Below the pieces are notes generated by a model. It made no database searches and was not told where the DNA came from. It saw nothing but the letters and a program-made list of their open reading frames with translations. From an uncultured bacterium (GTDB lineage: Bacteria; Krumholzibacteriota; Krumholzibacteriia; Krumholzibacteriales; Krumholzibacteriaceae), in NCBI GenBank assembly GCA_963786935.1, contig CAWBAN010000001.1, forward strand, positions 1,088,001-1,152,000: a stretch of 64,000 bases of DNA, given 5' to 3'. This document shows, piece by piece, positions 9,402 to 19,459 of this stretch. The position numbers were made by a program, and so were the translations under genes. Positions within the stretch are counted from its first letter, which is position 1, and every line of letters starts with the position of its first letter.

Positions 9402-10709
9402 CTAGAATCCGCCGCGGCCGCCTCTGGATCCCCGCGGGGGAGTCGGCATGCCGAACGGCGTGCTGTTCTTCTCCTTCTTCTCGGCTTTCGTGACGCCCGT
9501 GATTACCTTCATGCCCTCTTTCAGCACCCGGCTCGCCTTGACCTCGGTATTGCGCCCGTCCGTCGCGCCGGGAACGAAGAAGGCGACCGCGGGCTCGCCG
9601 TTCTCATCGGCGTAGAACACGCGGCTCGGCGCCGCCCCGCCTTCCGGCCCGCCCCTGCCCCCCGGCGGCCCGAATGAACCAGGGCGCATCCCGCCGCCGT
9701 GCGTTCCCGCGACGCGCGTCGAGTCCCCTTCCTCGGGACGGCGTTCCGCCATACGCTTGCGGAAATCCTTCATGATCTTGTCGAGCATCTCCTGATCCGG
9801 CTTGAACTGGATCGCCGAATTGGGAACGAGGAGCACGTCGTTCTTCTCGTCGATGACGAAATCGACGGTCGCCGTCATTCCCGGAAGGAGCTTCCCGCTC
9901 TCGTTCGAGGCATCCACGACGACGGTGTAGTTCACGACGTTCTGAATGATCGTCGACTGCAGCCGCACTTGGCGCACCTGCCCCACAAAGACATCGTCCG
10001 GATAGGCCTGAACGGTGAACGAGACGCGTTGCCCTTCCTTGATGAGGCCGATGTCGCTCTCGTCGACGTTCGCCTCGATCTGCATCGACTTCAGGTCGCT
10101 CGCGATGATGAACAGCGTCGGGGCCTGGAAGCTCGCCTGGATCGTCTGCCCCGCGTCGACGTTCCGCTGGATGACGGTGCCGTCGATCGGCGAGGTGATC
10201 GTCGTGTACTCGAGGTTCTTCAAGGCGCGCTTGAGCGCCGCCTCGGAGGAATTGTACGAGGCGAGCGCGGCGTCGTAGCTCGTTTTGAACGATACGAACT
10301 CGGTCGCGGAGAGGTAGCCGGCCTCGTAGAGCGGCTTGTTGCGGTTGTACTCCGCCTCGGCCTGATCGCGCTGCGCCCTGCTCCGCACGAGCCCCGCGCG
10401 GGCGTCGAAGGCCTGCGCCGCGACGATGGTCGTATCGAGCACGGCGAGCACCTGCCCCTTCCGCACCGCGCTGTTGAAATCGGCGTACAGCTTGTCGATG
10501 ATGCCCGACACCTGCGCCCCGACCTCGACCGTGTTCACGGCGCTGATCGTGCCCGTGCTCGAGATGGTGTTCTCGATGTCGCCCCGCTTCACCTCGGACA
10601 GCTGCAGCTCGCCGCCGTTTTTCGGGCTCCGGACCTTCCTGACGACACCGATCCCGACGGCGACGGCGGCGACGATACAGACGACGATCAGAATCGTTCT
10701 CTTCCTCAT
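9402..10709 (-). CDS. MacA-like periplasmic adaptor subunit
   Basis: N-terminal TM, VEVGAQVSG, ITSPIDGTV, VDESDIG, LLPGMTA. Confidence 0.92.
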   Translation of the reverse strand: MRKRTILIVVCIVAAVAVGIGVVRKVRSPKNGGELQLSEVKRGDIENTISSTGTISAVNTVEVGAQVSGIIDKLYADFNSAVRKGQVLAVLDTTIVAAQAFDARAGLVRSRAQRDQAEAEYNRNKPLYEAGYLSATEFVSFKTSYDAALASYNSSEAALKRALKNLEYTTITSPIDGTVIQRNVDAGQTIQASFQAPTLFIIASDLKSMQIEANVDESDIGLIKEGQRVSFTVQAYPDDVFVGQVRQVRLQSTIIQNVVNYTVVVDASNESGKLLPGMTATVDFVIDEKNDVLLVPNSAIQFKPDQEMLDKIMKDFRKRMAERRPEEGDSTRVAGTHGGGMRPGSFGPPGGRGGPEGGAAPSRVFYADENGEPAVAFFVPGATDGRNTEVKASRVLKEGMKVITGVTKAEKKEKNSTPFGMPTPPRGSRGGRGGF

Positions 10710-10754
10710 GCCGGTACTCCTCTCACGACGCGCGCGATCGAATCCGTCGCGCGC

Positions 10755-12119
10755 TCACTCGAACAGCGGCATCGCTTTGTCGATGCCTCCCGAATAGTAC
10801 AGAACGGCGATGCCCTTCACGAGGTGGGCGTATTTCGCGTTGAGAAAATTATAGGAGCTCTGGAGATTCGACGCCCGCACCTGCGTCAGGTCCACGAGCG
10901 TCGATGCTCCGACCTTGTACCGCTCCTCCATGTTCTTGAGCGCCTGCTCGCTGTACGCGAGCTGCGCCCGGGTCACCTCGACCGCCTTCCCGGCCGTCGC
11001 GTAATCCTCGAGCGCCTGCCGGATCTCGACCTCCGTCTGCAGCACGAGCTTCTCGACCCCGAGCTGCGCCTGCCGGAGCCCGACCTTCGCCTGGGCCACG
11101 CTGTGGTAGGTGCTGAGCCGGTCGAAGATCGGGAGCGAAAGCGAGAGCCCGAGCGATCCGTTCAGGTTGTTGTTGTAGAACTGATCGCTGAAATCGTAGC
11201 TCCCCGGGTCGCGGTAGCTCGTACCGGCGCCCGCCGAGAACGACAGCGTCGGCCAGTAGCCCGACCTGCTCGCCGTTATCTGCTTCTTCGCCGCTTCGAC
11301 CTGCAGCCGTTGCGCGGCGAGATCGGCCCTGCTCGCGAGCGCCTCTCCCGCCGCGTCGTCCGGGAGAAACGCGGCGAGCTCCGCGGTGATCCGTTCCGCG
11401 TCCGGGGGAACGATCGTGCACCGGATGCCGGGATCGATCGCCATGATCTCGAGGAGCCCGTACGTGTCGACCTCGAGGTCGCGCCGGGCGAGGAGCAGCC
11501 GCGATTCCGCCTCCGCGGCGATCGCCTGCTGCTGATACAGGTCGACGATCGGACGCTTGCCCGCCGTCGTGAACGCCTCGATCTGGGCGAGCAGGCCCCG
11601 CTGCGCTTCGAGGTATTGCTCGTCGACCCTGATCAGGTCCGCGTCGAGCACGACGAGGACGAATTGCTGCACCGTCTGGAAGATCACCTGCTCGCGGCTC
11701 CGCGTGTAGCTCTTCCGCTGCGCATCGAGCTCGAGTTGGGACTGCCTGAGCGCCGCGGTTCTCCCGAATCCGGTGAACAGGTCGAGCCCCGCGGAAACCG
11801 ACAGGTTCATCGAGCTCGAATGGCTCCATTCGAACCGGTCGGACGCCACCTCGTAATCCTTGCCGTACCCCCGGGACGCTCCCATCGAGAGCCGCACGCT
11901 CGGGAAAAAGTCCATCGTGCTCCTGCCGACCGATATCTCCCGGGATTCCGTTTGGCTGGCCGCTTGCCGCAGATCGACGTTCGACTCGAGCGCGGTCGCG
12001 ATCGCGTCCTTCAGCGCGATCGTCTTCGTTTCCGCTCCCCGCGCCGGTCCCGCGAACGCGGCCGCCAGACACAGGCAGGCGAATACGCCGATCCGGCGCT
12101 TGCTCAATATTCTTCCCAT
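10755..12119 (-). CDS. TolC-family outer membrane efflux protein
   Basis: Signal peptide, helical repeats, LSLPIFD, ERYKVGASTLVDL; operon context. Confidence 0.9.
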   Translation of the reverse strand: MGRILSKRRIGVFACLCLAAAFAGPARGAETKTIALKDAIATALESNVDLRQAASQTESREISVGRSTMDFFPSVRLSMGASRGYGKDYEVASDRFEWSHSSSMNLSVSAGLDLFTGFGRTAALRQSQLELDAQRKSYTRSREQVIFQTVQQFVLVVLDADLIRVDEQYLEAQRGLLAQIEAFTTAGKRPIVDLYQQQAIAAEAESRLLLARRDLEVDTYGLLEIMAIDPGIRCTIVPPDAERITAELAAFLPDDAAGEALASRADLAAQRLQVEAAKKQITASRSGYWPTLSFSAGAGTSYRDPGSYDFSDQFYNNNLNGSLGLSLSLPIFDRLSTYHSVAQAKVGLRQAQLGVEKLVLQTEVEIRQALEDYATAGKAVEVTRAQLAYSEQALKNMEERYKVGASTLVDLTQVRASNLQSSYNFLNAKYAHLVKGIAVLYYSGGIDKAMPLFE

Positions 12120-12123
12120 AGAG

Positions 12124-12576
12124 TCACTCCCCCGGTCCTTCCCCGTGCGGCCCGCCGTCCCACCCGGGCCGCTGAGACTCCCGCTTCTCCATATCCCGGA
12201 GCATCCGCTCGATGCGGGCGTCGAACTTCGCCTGCTGCTCCGGCGTCAGCACGTCCCGGATCTTCGCCTCCATCTCGCTCATGACCTTTCTCACTTCGGT
12301 TCGCGCCTGCGTCCGAAACTCCTCGAATCGCGGACCGTATTCCTTGACGATCTTATCGACTTCGGCGCGCTGGTCGCTCGTGAGCCCCAGATCCGCCGTG
12401 AGCCGTTCCGCGATCGGCTTGTGCATGCCCCGCGGCGGACCGCTCTTCATGACGTGCAGATAATGGCCGCGGATGAGCGCGGTCGCCGAAAGGCCGCCGA
12501 TGATCACGCCGACGATGAACACGGCGATCACGCCGGACCAGAGCTTCCATCTCCCGTTCGTGTTATGTTCCGACAT
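12124..12576 (-). CDS. Spy/CpxP-like periplasmic protein
   Basis: TM anchor plus LTSDQ and LTPEQ (LTxxQ) motifs. Confidence 0.75.
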   Translation of the reverse strand: MSEHNTNGRWKLWSGVIAVFIVGVIIGGLSATALIRGHYLHVMKSGPPRGMHKPIAERLTADLGLTSDQRAEVDKIVKEYGPRFEEFRTQARTEVRKVMSEMEAKIRDVLTPEQQAKFDARIERMLRDMEKRESQRPGWDGGPHGEGPGE

Positions 12577-12599
12577 GGCTCATTCCCCCTTGCCGTCGT

Positions 12600-12905
12600 T
12601 CAGATGATGAAATCGATCGGATCTTCGAGAAATCGCATCGCGAGCTCCTGGTAGTCGAAGAATCCGTTCGTGTACACATACGCGAGCAGGATCAGCGCGA
12701 TGAGGCAGGCCGCGGCGGAGAACCGCCATGCGAACCGACCGACCCGCTGACGGTCGTCAGCCGCCGCGTCGACGGCTCCCGCCCGCCGTATCTCGCGCAT
12801 CGCCGCGCCGCGCCAGTCTCCCGCGGGCGGCGGACATTCCCGCGAACGGCACGCGGCATAGAGGCGCGATTCGAGATCATCGATTCTTCCGGAAGTTCGT
12901 TTCAT
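12600..12905 (-). CDS. Putative membrane anti-sigma factor
   Basis: Small single-TM protein overlapping the 3' end of the ECF sigma gene. Confidence 0.6.
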   Translation of the reverse strand: MKRTSGRIDDLESRLYAACRSRECPPPAGDWRGAAMREIRRAGAVDAAADDRQRVGRFAWRFSAAACLIALILLAYVYTNGFFDYQELAMRFLEDPIDFII

Positions 12906-13560
12906 TGTTCTCCTCCTCCCCGGCGATGAGCCGCTCGAGGACGGCGCGCAGCTTCTTCCGCGAACGATGCGCGCGAACCTTGACGTTGACCGTGCTCCAT
13001 CCGAGCAGCGCGGCGGCCTCGGCCACCGGCCGCTCCTCGATATGGACGAGCTCGAGCACCGCGCGATCCTCCGGCGAAAGCCGGTCGAGCGCCCACGCGA
13101 GAAGCTCGCGCGCCTCGCCTCTCTCCGCGCCGTCGGCGTGCGACCGCGCCGCTTCCTCCGATACCGCGCGCGCGAGCCCCCGCGCCTGATCCTCGGTGAG
13201 CGCGCTCAGCGGCCGTTCGCGGCGCCGGTACCGCTCGCGCCAGTAATCGAAGCAGGCGCGCACTGCTATCTTCGAGAGCCACCATTTGAAATCACCTTTT
13301 CCCGCGTACGAGGAGAGCGACAGATACGCGCGGACGAAAATATCCTGGACGACCTCCTCGACGTCGGCACGCGCCACGCGTCGCCCCGCGATCCGGGAGA
13401 CATGCTCCGCGTAACGATCCATGATGGATTCGAACGCGTCGACGTCGCCGCCGAGCACGCGCTCGATCACCGCTCCGTCGCTTTCATATGCGGCATCCTC
13501 ATTCATCGAGCGTATAATAACGGTTTGTTGCGTCATCTGTCCAATCCTTGGGCCGGACAT
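12877..13560 (-). CDS. ECF RNA polymerase sigma factor
   Basis: DVEEVVQDIFVRAY, WLSKIAVRACFDYWR, region 4 EAAALLGWSTVNVKVRAHRSRKKL; start at 13560 or 13506. Confidence 0.92.
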   Translation of the reverse strand: MSGPRIGQMTQQTVIIRSMNEDAAYESDGAVIERVLGGDVDAFESIMDRYAEHVSRIAGRRVARADVEEVVQDIFVRAYLSLSSYAGKGDFKWWLSKIAVRACFDYWRERYRRRERPLSALTEDQARGLARAVSEEAARSHADGAERGEARELLAWALDRLSPEDRAVLELVHIEERPVAEAAALLGWSTVNVKVRAHRSRKKLRAVLERLIAGEEENNETNFRKNR

Positions 13561-13566
13561 GCTGTA

Positions 13567-13595
13567 TCGTCGCGGCCGGGGGGCAAGCGGTTACA
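13567..13595 (-). promoter_or_regulatory. Putative ECF promoter for the sigma operon
   Basis: TGTAACCG-N11-GCCGCGACGA on the minus strand. Confidence 0.7.
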
Positions 13596-13616
13596 TCCGA
13601 ATCGACGGAATTTCTC

Positions 13617-13645
13617 TGTAACCGTCGTGCGGCGCGCCGCGACGA
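13617..13645 (+). promoter_or_regulatory. Putative ECF promoter for the divergent lipoprotein gene
   Basis: TGTAACCG-N11-GCCGCGACGA on the plus strand, same architecture as 13567-13595. Confidence 0.7.
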
Positions 13646-13687
13646 ACGGGAATGAACCCCACTGTTCCCCGAGAAAGGACGGAACCG

Positions 13688-14626
13688 ATGAAAAGAGCCT
13701 TCACCCCGTGGCTCGGCATCCTCGCGGTGTCCGCCGCGGCAGCGCTCATACTCGCCGGGTGCCTCGAAGACAAGCTCCAGAGCGTGTGGCCCGATCGAGA
13801 GATCTCGATCGATGGAAAGAATTCCGAGTGGGCTGGCCGTGAGGCGCACTACGACGAGCAGGAGGCCTTCAAAATCGGCTTCTACAACGACGCGCAATAT
13901 CTGTACGTGTACCTTGCGACATGGAGCCGGCAGAAACAGATGCAGATTCTCACGAACGGTCTCACCGTCTGGATCGACCGAACCGGCAAGAAACAGCAGA
14001 CCCTCGGTGTCAATTACCCCGTGAAACGGCTCATGCCCGACTCGGCCGGGGCGCCTGATGGCATGCCGGCGGGGCTGCGCGAGGCGGGAGGGCCGGGCGG
14101 GCTCCCGAACGCCCCGGAAGGAAACCGGCAGGCGATCGCCCGGGAGGTGCTCGCGGAAGCGCGGAGCGAGATGACGGTGATCGGCGTGGGCGGCGAGCCG
14201 CTCGCCTCCATCTCCGCGGCGGACGGCGAACACGCCGGAATCGACGCGATGATCGATTACGCCAATCGAACCCTCATCTACGAATTGCGGATACCGCTGG
14301 CGGCGTCCGACAGTCTGCCGTTCGCCGTCGGCGCCGCGCCCGGCGCCACGATCGGCGTCGGCTTCAAGATCGGAAAAAGGGAGATGCCTTCGATGAAGGG
14401 CTCGGGGCAGCGCCCTCCCGAAGGAATGCCTTCCGGCGGGGGTACGGGAGGCCCCGAAGGGGGCATGGGCGGAGGCGGAATGGGCGGTCCCGGAGGAGGC
14501 ATGGGCAGCCCCCCTGGAGGAGGCATGGGCGGCGCGGGGAGCCCGGGCGGCATGTCGGCCGAACCGCTCGAGTACTGGGCCAAGGTCAAGCTCGCCGCGG
14601 CGCCTTCGACGGCCGCGCTCAAATAG
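13688..14626 (+). CDS. Hypothetical lipoprotein with Gly/Pro/Met-rich insert
   Basis: Lipobox LAGC; IDGKNSEW and YELRIPL motifs (DOMON/CBM9-like by impression); alternative ATG at 13652. Confidence 0.75.
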   Translation: MKRAFTPWLGILAVSAAAALILAGCLEDKLQSVWPDREISIDGKNSEWAGREAHYDEQEAFKIGFYNDAQYLYVYLATWSRQKQMQILTNGLTVWIDRTGKKQQTLGVNYPVKRLMPDSAGAPDGMPAGLREAGGPGGLPNAPEGNRQAIAREVLAEARSEMTVIGVGGEPLASISAADGEHAGIDAMIDYANRTLIYELRIPLAASDSLPFAVGAAPGATIGVGFKIGKREMPSMKGSGQRPPEGMPSGGGTGGPEGGMGGGGMGGPGGGMGSPPGGGMGGAGSPGGMSAEPLEYWAKVKLAAAPSTAALK

Positions 14627-14714
14627 ACTCTCCGCGTCCAAAGCGCCATTGCGCGCCGATGCCGGCGCCCGATGGAGCTTTACCGCGCGCGGGCTTTCGA
14701 TTACACTCGCGCCC

Positions 14715-15620
14715 ATGTCGGCACGGCACGCGCATCGGCCCAAATCGGGAACCCCCCTCGGCCCTCTTGAGGAGTACCGGGGCGTCGAGAAGCGGAAGCT
14801 CAAGCTGACCATGGCCATCACGGGAACGGTCATGGCGCTCGAGATCGCCGGGGGCATACTGACGCGAAGCCTGGCCCTCCTCAGCGACGCGGGCCACATG
14901 TTTACCCATTTCTTCGCCCTCGGCGTCGCTTTCGCGGCGATCAGGATCGCCTGCGCCGAGCCGTGCCACCATCGCACCTACGGATACTTCCGGGCCGAGA
15001 TACTCGCCGCGCTCTTCAACGGCGTCTTCCTCTTCGCCGTGACGGCGTACATCCTCGCCGCGGGGATCAAACGGCTTCTGCACCCGGAGCCCGTGCTCGG
15101 CCTTCAGATGCTGCTCGTGGCGGTCATCGGGCTCGCCGTGAACGTCGCGAGCGTGGCGATCCTGCGCGGGAGCGCCCGGAACGACCTCAACGTGAGGGGC
15201 GCGTTCCTCCACGTCATGGCCGACACCTTCTCCTCCGTCGTCATCATCGCCGGGGCGATCGTCATTCATTTCACGCGCTGGTATTTCATCGATCCGCTGC
15301 TCGCGATCGGCATCTCGATCGTGATCGCCGTGTGGGCGTGGAGCCTCCTCAGGGATTCCGTCGAGATCCTTCTCGAGGTCGCCCCGCGGGGCGTCAACGT
15401 CGACGTCGTGAGCGCCGAGCTGAGGAGCGCCGTACCGGAGATCGCGGCGATCCACGACATGCATATCTGGGTGATCACCTCGAACATGTATTCGCTGACG
15501 GCGCATATCGCGCTGGCGCCGGACGCGGCGCCGCGATCGAGGGAGATACTCGAGAGGATCAACGGGCTGCTCGACGAGAAATTCGACATCGATCACACGA
15601 CGATACAGATCGACGCCTGA
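14715..15620 (+). CDS. Cation diffusion facilitator (CzcD/ZitB-like)
   Basis: SLALLSDAGHM, TYGYFRAEILAA, LNVRGAFLHVMAD, HDMHIW, HTTIQ. Confidence 0.93.
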   Translation: MSARHAHRPKSGTPLGPLEEYRGVEKRKLKLTMAITGTVMALEIAGGILTRSLALLSDAGHMFTHFFALGVAFAAIRIACAEPCHHRTYGYFRAEILAALFNGVFLFAVTAYILAAGIKRLLHPEPVLGLQMLLVAVIGLAVNVASVAILRGSARNDLNVRGAFLHVMADTFSSVVIIAGAIVIHFTRWYFIDPLLAIGISIVIAVWAWSLLRDSVEILLEVAPRGVNVDVVSAELRSAVPEIAAIHDMHIWVITSNMYSLTAHIALAPDAAPRSREILERINGLLDEKFDIDHTTIQIDA

Positions 15621-15650
15621 TACGGCCGACGGGCGGCCGCGCGACGGGCC

Positions 15651-16130
15651 TCAGACGCCTTTCGCGAGACGATCGGGCACCTGCACGGCGACGACTTCTC
15701 CGCGGACGGTGATCTCGCCCCGCGCCGCGATCGTCGCGGTCACGACGACCTTGCGCCCCTTGATCTCCTTGACGCGCGCGCGCAGCTCGAGGGGAACGCC
15801 GATCGGCGTCGGGAGCTTGTACTCCACGTGAAGCGATGCGGTGACGAACCGGAACGGGGGGTCCGATCCCATCTCCCGCCCCGCCTCCCGGTACGCGGCC
15901 GCCGAGGCCGTGCCGGTGCCGTGGCAGTCGACGAGGGACGCGAGCAGCCCCCCGTACACGTAGCCCGGAATCGCCGTGTGGTACGGCTTCGGCTCGAAAA
16001 CGGCGACCGCCTCGTCCCCGTCCCAGAAGCTCCGGATGTGGAGCCCGTGCTCGTTGAGCCGGCCGCATCCGTAGCATTGGGCGAAATGATCCGGGTAGTA
16101 ATCCTGAAACGCCTTTTCCTGAGGATTCAT
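15651..16130 (-). CDS. PaaI-family hotdog thioesterase
   Basis: CYGCGRLNEHGL, GYVYGGLLASLVDCH, VTASLHVEYKLPTP. Confidence 0.85.
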   Translation of the reverse strand: MNPQEKAFQDYYPDHFAQCYGCGRLNEHGLHIRSFWDGDEAVAVFEPKPYHTAIPGYVYGGLLASLVDCHGTGTASAAAYREAGREMGSDPPFRFVTASLHVEYKLPTPIGVPLELRARVKEIKGRKVVVTATIAARGEITVRGEVVAVQVPDRLAKGV

Positions 16131-16158
16131 CGTCTCTCCCGCCGGTAATCAAACGGTA

Positions 16159-17327
16159 TTACTTGAGCGCTTCCTTGCGTCCCGCGTAGTAGTCGCGGTA
16201 GAAGGAGATCGAATTCCAGATTTCCTGCGGAATGACCGGTTTTCCCCGGAGGATGAAGTTCGCCATGTTGCGGCCGACGCCGGGCCCGAGCATGAAGCCC
16301 TGCCCGCACATGCCGACGGCGAGATAGAAGCCCTTCACTTCCTTCACGTGATCGAGGATGATGACGCCGTCGGGGGTCATCGGGTAGAGGCCGCGCCAGA
16401 CGCGCCGGATCAGCATGTTCTTGAGCCGCGGGATGAGATCGATCATGCGCCGCGCGAGAACGGTCATGAACTCCGACGTGTTCTCCCGGTTCGTTCCGAG
16501 GATCAGCTGCAGCGGCGTATAGCAGAAGATCACCTGCCCGCGATCGTTCTGGCCGAAATAGAAGTTCTTCGTCCTGCCTTCGGGGCCGGGGCGCAGATCG
16601 ACGATGAGCGGATGGAAGAAGCGCTCCATGGGCGCGGAGATGCCCCCCTCATGGGAATCGGGCACGACGGGGATATCGATTCCGGCCATTGCTCCGATCT
16701 CCTTCGCGAAGGAACCCGCCGCGTTCACGACGATGTCGGAGTAATACACTCCCGTCCGCGTCTTCACGCCCTTGATCGCGCCGCCCTTCTTCACGAGCCC
16801 GGTCACCGGCTCGCTGAAACGGTATTCGCAGCCCCGATCCTTGCTCTCCTTCCAGAGCGCGGCGGCGTACTTGAGCGGCGACACCTGGCCGTCGCCGGGT
16901 GAGAACGTCCCGCCCCGCAGGCCGTTCTCGTTGATCCCCGGAATGAGCTCCTTGATCCGATCGGGCCCCACCCAGTCGATGTTGAGCCCGTTCCGCTTCT
17001 GAATCGGGAGAATGCCCTTCAGGATGTTCTCTTCCGCCTCGCGGTAGACCGGGAAGCAGTAGCCCCCCGGCACCCACCCGAGATCGATGCCCGTCTTCTC
17101 CTCGAACGTCGAAAAGAACTCGAGGCTCTGCAGGCACAGCGTGATCTTCGCGCCGTCCGAATGCGTCGCGCGGACACCGCCGATGGCCGCCTTGTTCTCC
17201 CCTGTCCCGGCGAGGGCTCCGAGTCGAGCACGAGAACGCTGAGCTTCTCGAGGGTGAGATAGTAGGCGATGGCGAGACCGACGCTTCCCGCTCCGATGAC
17301 GATCGCGTCGTAGTTCGTTTTGCTCAT
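16159..17327 (-). CDS. DAO-family FAD oxidoreductase, sarcosine oxidase / proline dehydrogenase beta-like (frameshift at 17199-17202)
   Basis: MSKTNYDAIVIGAGSVG, NAAG, WRGLYPMTPDG, GMCGQGFMLGPGVG; one missing G joins PGQG/ENKAAIGG. Confidence 0.88.
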
Positions 17328-19445
17328 GCCCCACCGCCGTCGCTCCGCGCCCCGGCGAACACGCCGAGTGGAATCTCCGCCGTGAAGGGCCTGTTCGTCG
17401 GGAGCGTGACCTCGGCCGTGTCGACGCCCATCTCGCGATAGAGCCGCAGGATGAGCTCCGTGCAGGTCTTCCCGCCGCAGGCGCCCATGCCGGTCCGGAT
17501 CGTCGCCTTGAGAATGTTCATGTCGCGCACGCCGGCGCGGATCTCCGCGCGGACCTCTCCCGCGGTGATGCGCTCGCACCGGCAGATGATCGTGTCGTCG
17601 CTCACCGGCTCGCCGCTCCATGCCCCGGCCTCCCCCGCCTCCGGCGTGAGGACGCTGAATCCCGCGACCGAATACGCCTCGCCCGCGGGAACCTCGATGG
17701 AGACGATTTTCCGTTTCGCGTCGATATTCGACGTGCGGAAGGCAACGATTCTGCCCCGGCCGACGGCGTTTCCCTCCATGTCGACCGTCTCGACGCGCCG
17801 CCCCGCGACGAGATCCGTCGCCTCCAGCTCGTAGGGAAGCACGAGGAGCGAGGTCTTAGCCCCGGCGTCGTATTCGGGCATGATGAGCCCGATGGCGAGC
17901 CCCGGGCAGACGGCGACGCAGTTCCCGCAGCCGATGCAGTCCCCGCTGAACGCGGGATTGTTCATGATCGAATCGCCGCCCAGAGCGATGCTGTTCCGCG
18001 GACAGGAATCCGCGCACGGATTGCAGGGGATCTCCTGCACGCAGCGGATGAGGGGATAGACGCGCTTGTCGAGCCGAGGAAGATCACGGCGCCGTCGTTT
18101 TCCCGGGCTTGCTCCGCAGGATCGACGCGGTCGATGTCCATTCGTCCGGTATATCGATCCGGTATCCGATGGAGCGCGCGATCGTTCTCCCCGTGATCTT
18201 GCCGCTGAAAATCGCGGCGGAGGCTTCGGCGATCTCCTCGGCGTCCCCCGCCTTGTAGCATTCGATGCCGTACGCGAGGAGCTTCTCGTAGAGCTCGTTC
18301 ACCGGGGCCAGTCCGACAGCGATGAGGAGCGTGTCCACCTTGAATGACCGCTCGGTGCCCGCGATCGGCTTGAAATTCCGGTCGATGCCGGCGATCGTGA
18401 TCTTCTCGAGCTTCTCGGTTCCTTCCGCCTTCAGCACCGTATGCGAGGTCAGAACCGGCACGCCGAGGCGGCGGAGCTTGTCGAGGTGCACCTTGTAGCC
18501 GCCGCACTGCGGCAGCGCTTCGACGAGACCGACAACCTTGATGCCCGCCTGGATCGCGTGGTATCCCGTGATGAGTCCGACGTTCCCCCCGCCGACGATG
18601 AAGAGCCGCTCGGTGGGCCGCACGAGATCGCGGTTCAGGAGGGTCTGGAAGGCGCCGGCGCCGTACACCCCCGGCAGATCGCAGCCGGGGAACGCGAGAT
18701 TCTTCTCGCGCGCGCCGCACGCGACGAGCGCCACCCGGGGCTGCACGAGCATGAAATTATCGCCCTGCTGGAGACCGACCTTCTTGTCGTAGAACGCGCC
18801 GACGGCGGTCGTTCCGAGCATGACGGAGACGGAAGGGTATTTCTCGAGCCGGTGCGTGAGGATGCGTGCGATCTCGATGCCGCGCGTGCCCGCGTAGCAG
18901 TCGTCGCGCGAGCCGAAAAACGTGTGTGTCTGCAGGGTGAGCTTTCCGCCGAACTCGTTCTTGTCGTCCACGACGAGCGTCTTCGCGCCGAGCACGCCGA
19001 GCTCGATCGCGGCGTTGATGCCGGCGGGACCGCCCCCGATGACGAGCACGTCGGTTTCGATCGTCGGAATCTCCCGGAACGCCGGGAGATCGTCATCCGC
19101 GGGCAGCGCGGGCAGCCCCTCGCAGCTCCTGACGTCCATGCCGGCGCTCACCGGCATCATGCATCCCTTGACCGGCAGGCCGTCGACGAACACGGTGCAC
19201 TGGCTGCACTGGCCGTTCGCGCAGAAGATGCCCTGGGGGCTGCCGTCGCGCGGATGGTGGCCGAACACCTGCACGCCGTTGGCGAAGAGCGCCGTCGTGA
19301 TGACTTCCCCTTCGTACGCCTTCATCTCGAGGCCGTTGAACGTGAAGGAGAGCTCCGTGCGCGGAACTACGGGAAGGATCGGGTGGCTCCGCACGCGGAA
19401 CGCGCCGGGGGCCGCCTGTTTCGTTTCGCTTTTTGCGCGGGACAT
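17324..19445 (-). CDS. Fused 2Fe-2S / FAD oxidoreductase / 2[4Fe-4S] / BFD protein, sarcosine oxidase / proline dehydrogenase alpha-like (frameshift near 18085-18101)
   Basis: FCANGQCSQC..GC, GGGPAG, GGGNVG, then CVQEIPCNPCADSCP, CIGCGNCVAVCP, ICRCE..GMGACGGKTC; the halves are one frame apart. Confidence 0.85.
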
Positions 19446-19459
19446 CGTATTCGACTCCG

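Noticed and set aside
18084..18086. TGA as possible selenocysteine in the oxidoreductase
   Set aside because: The downstream domain is in a different frame, so readthrough would not join the halves
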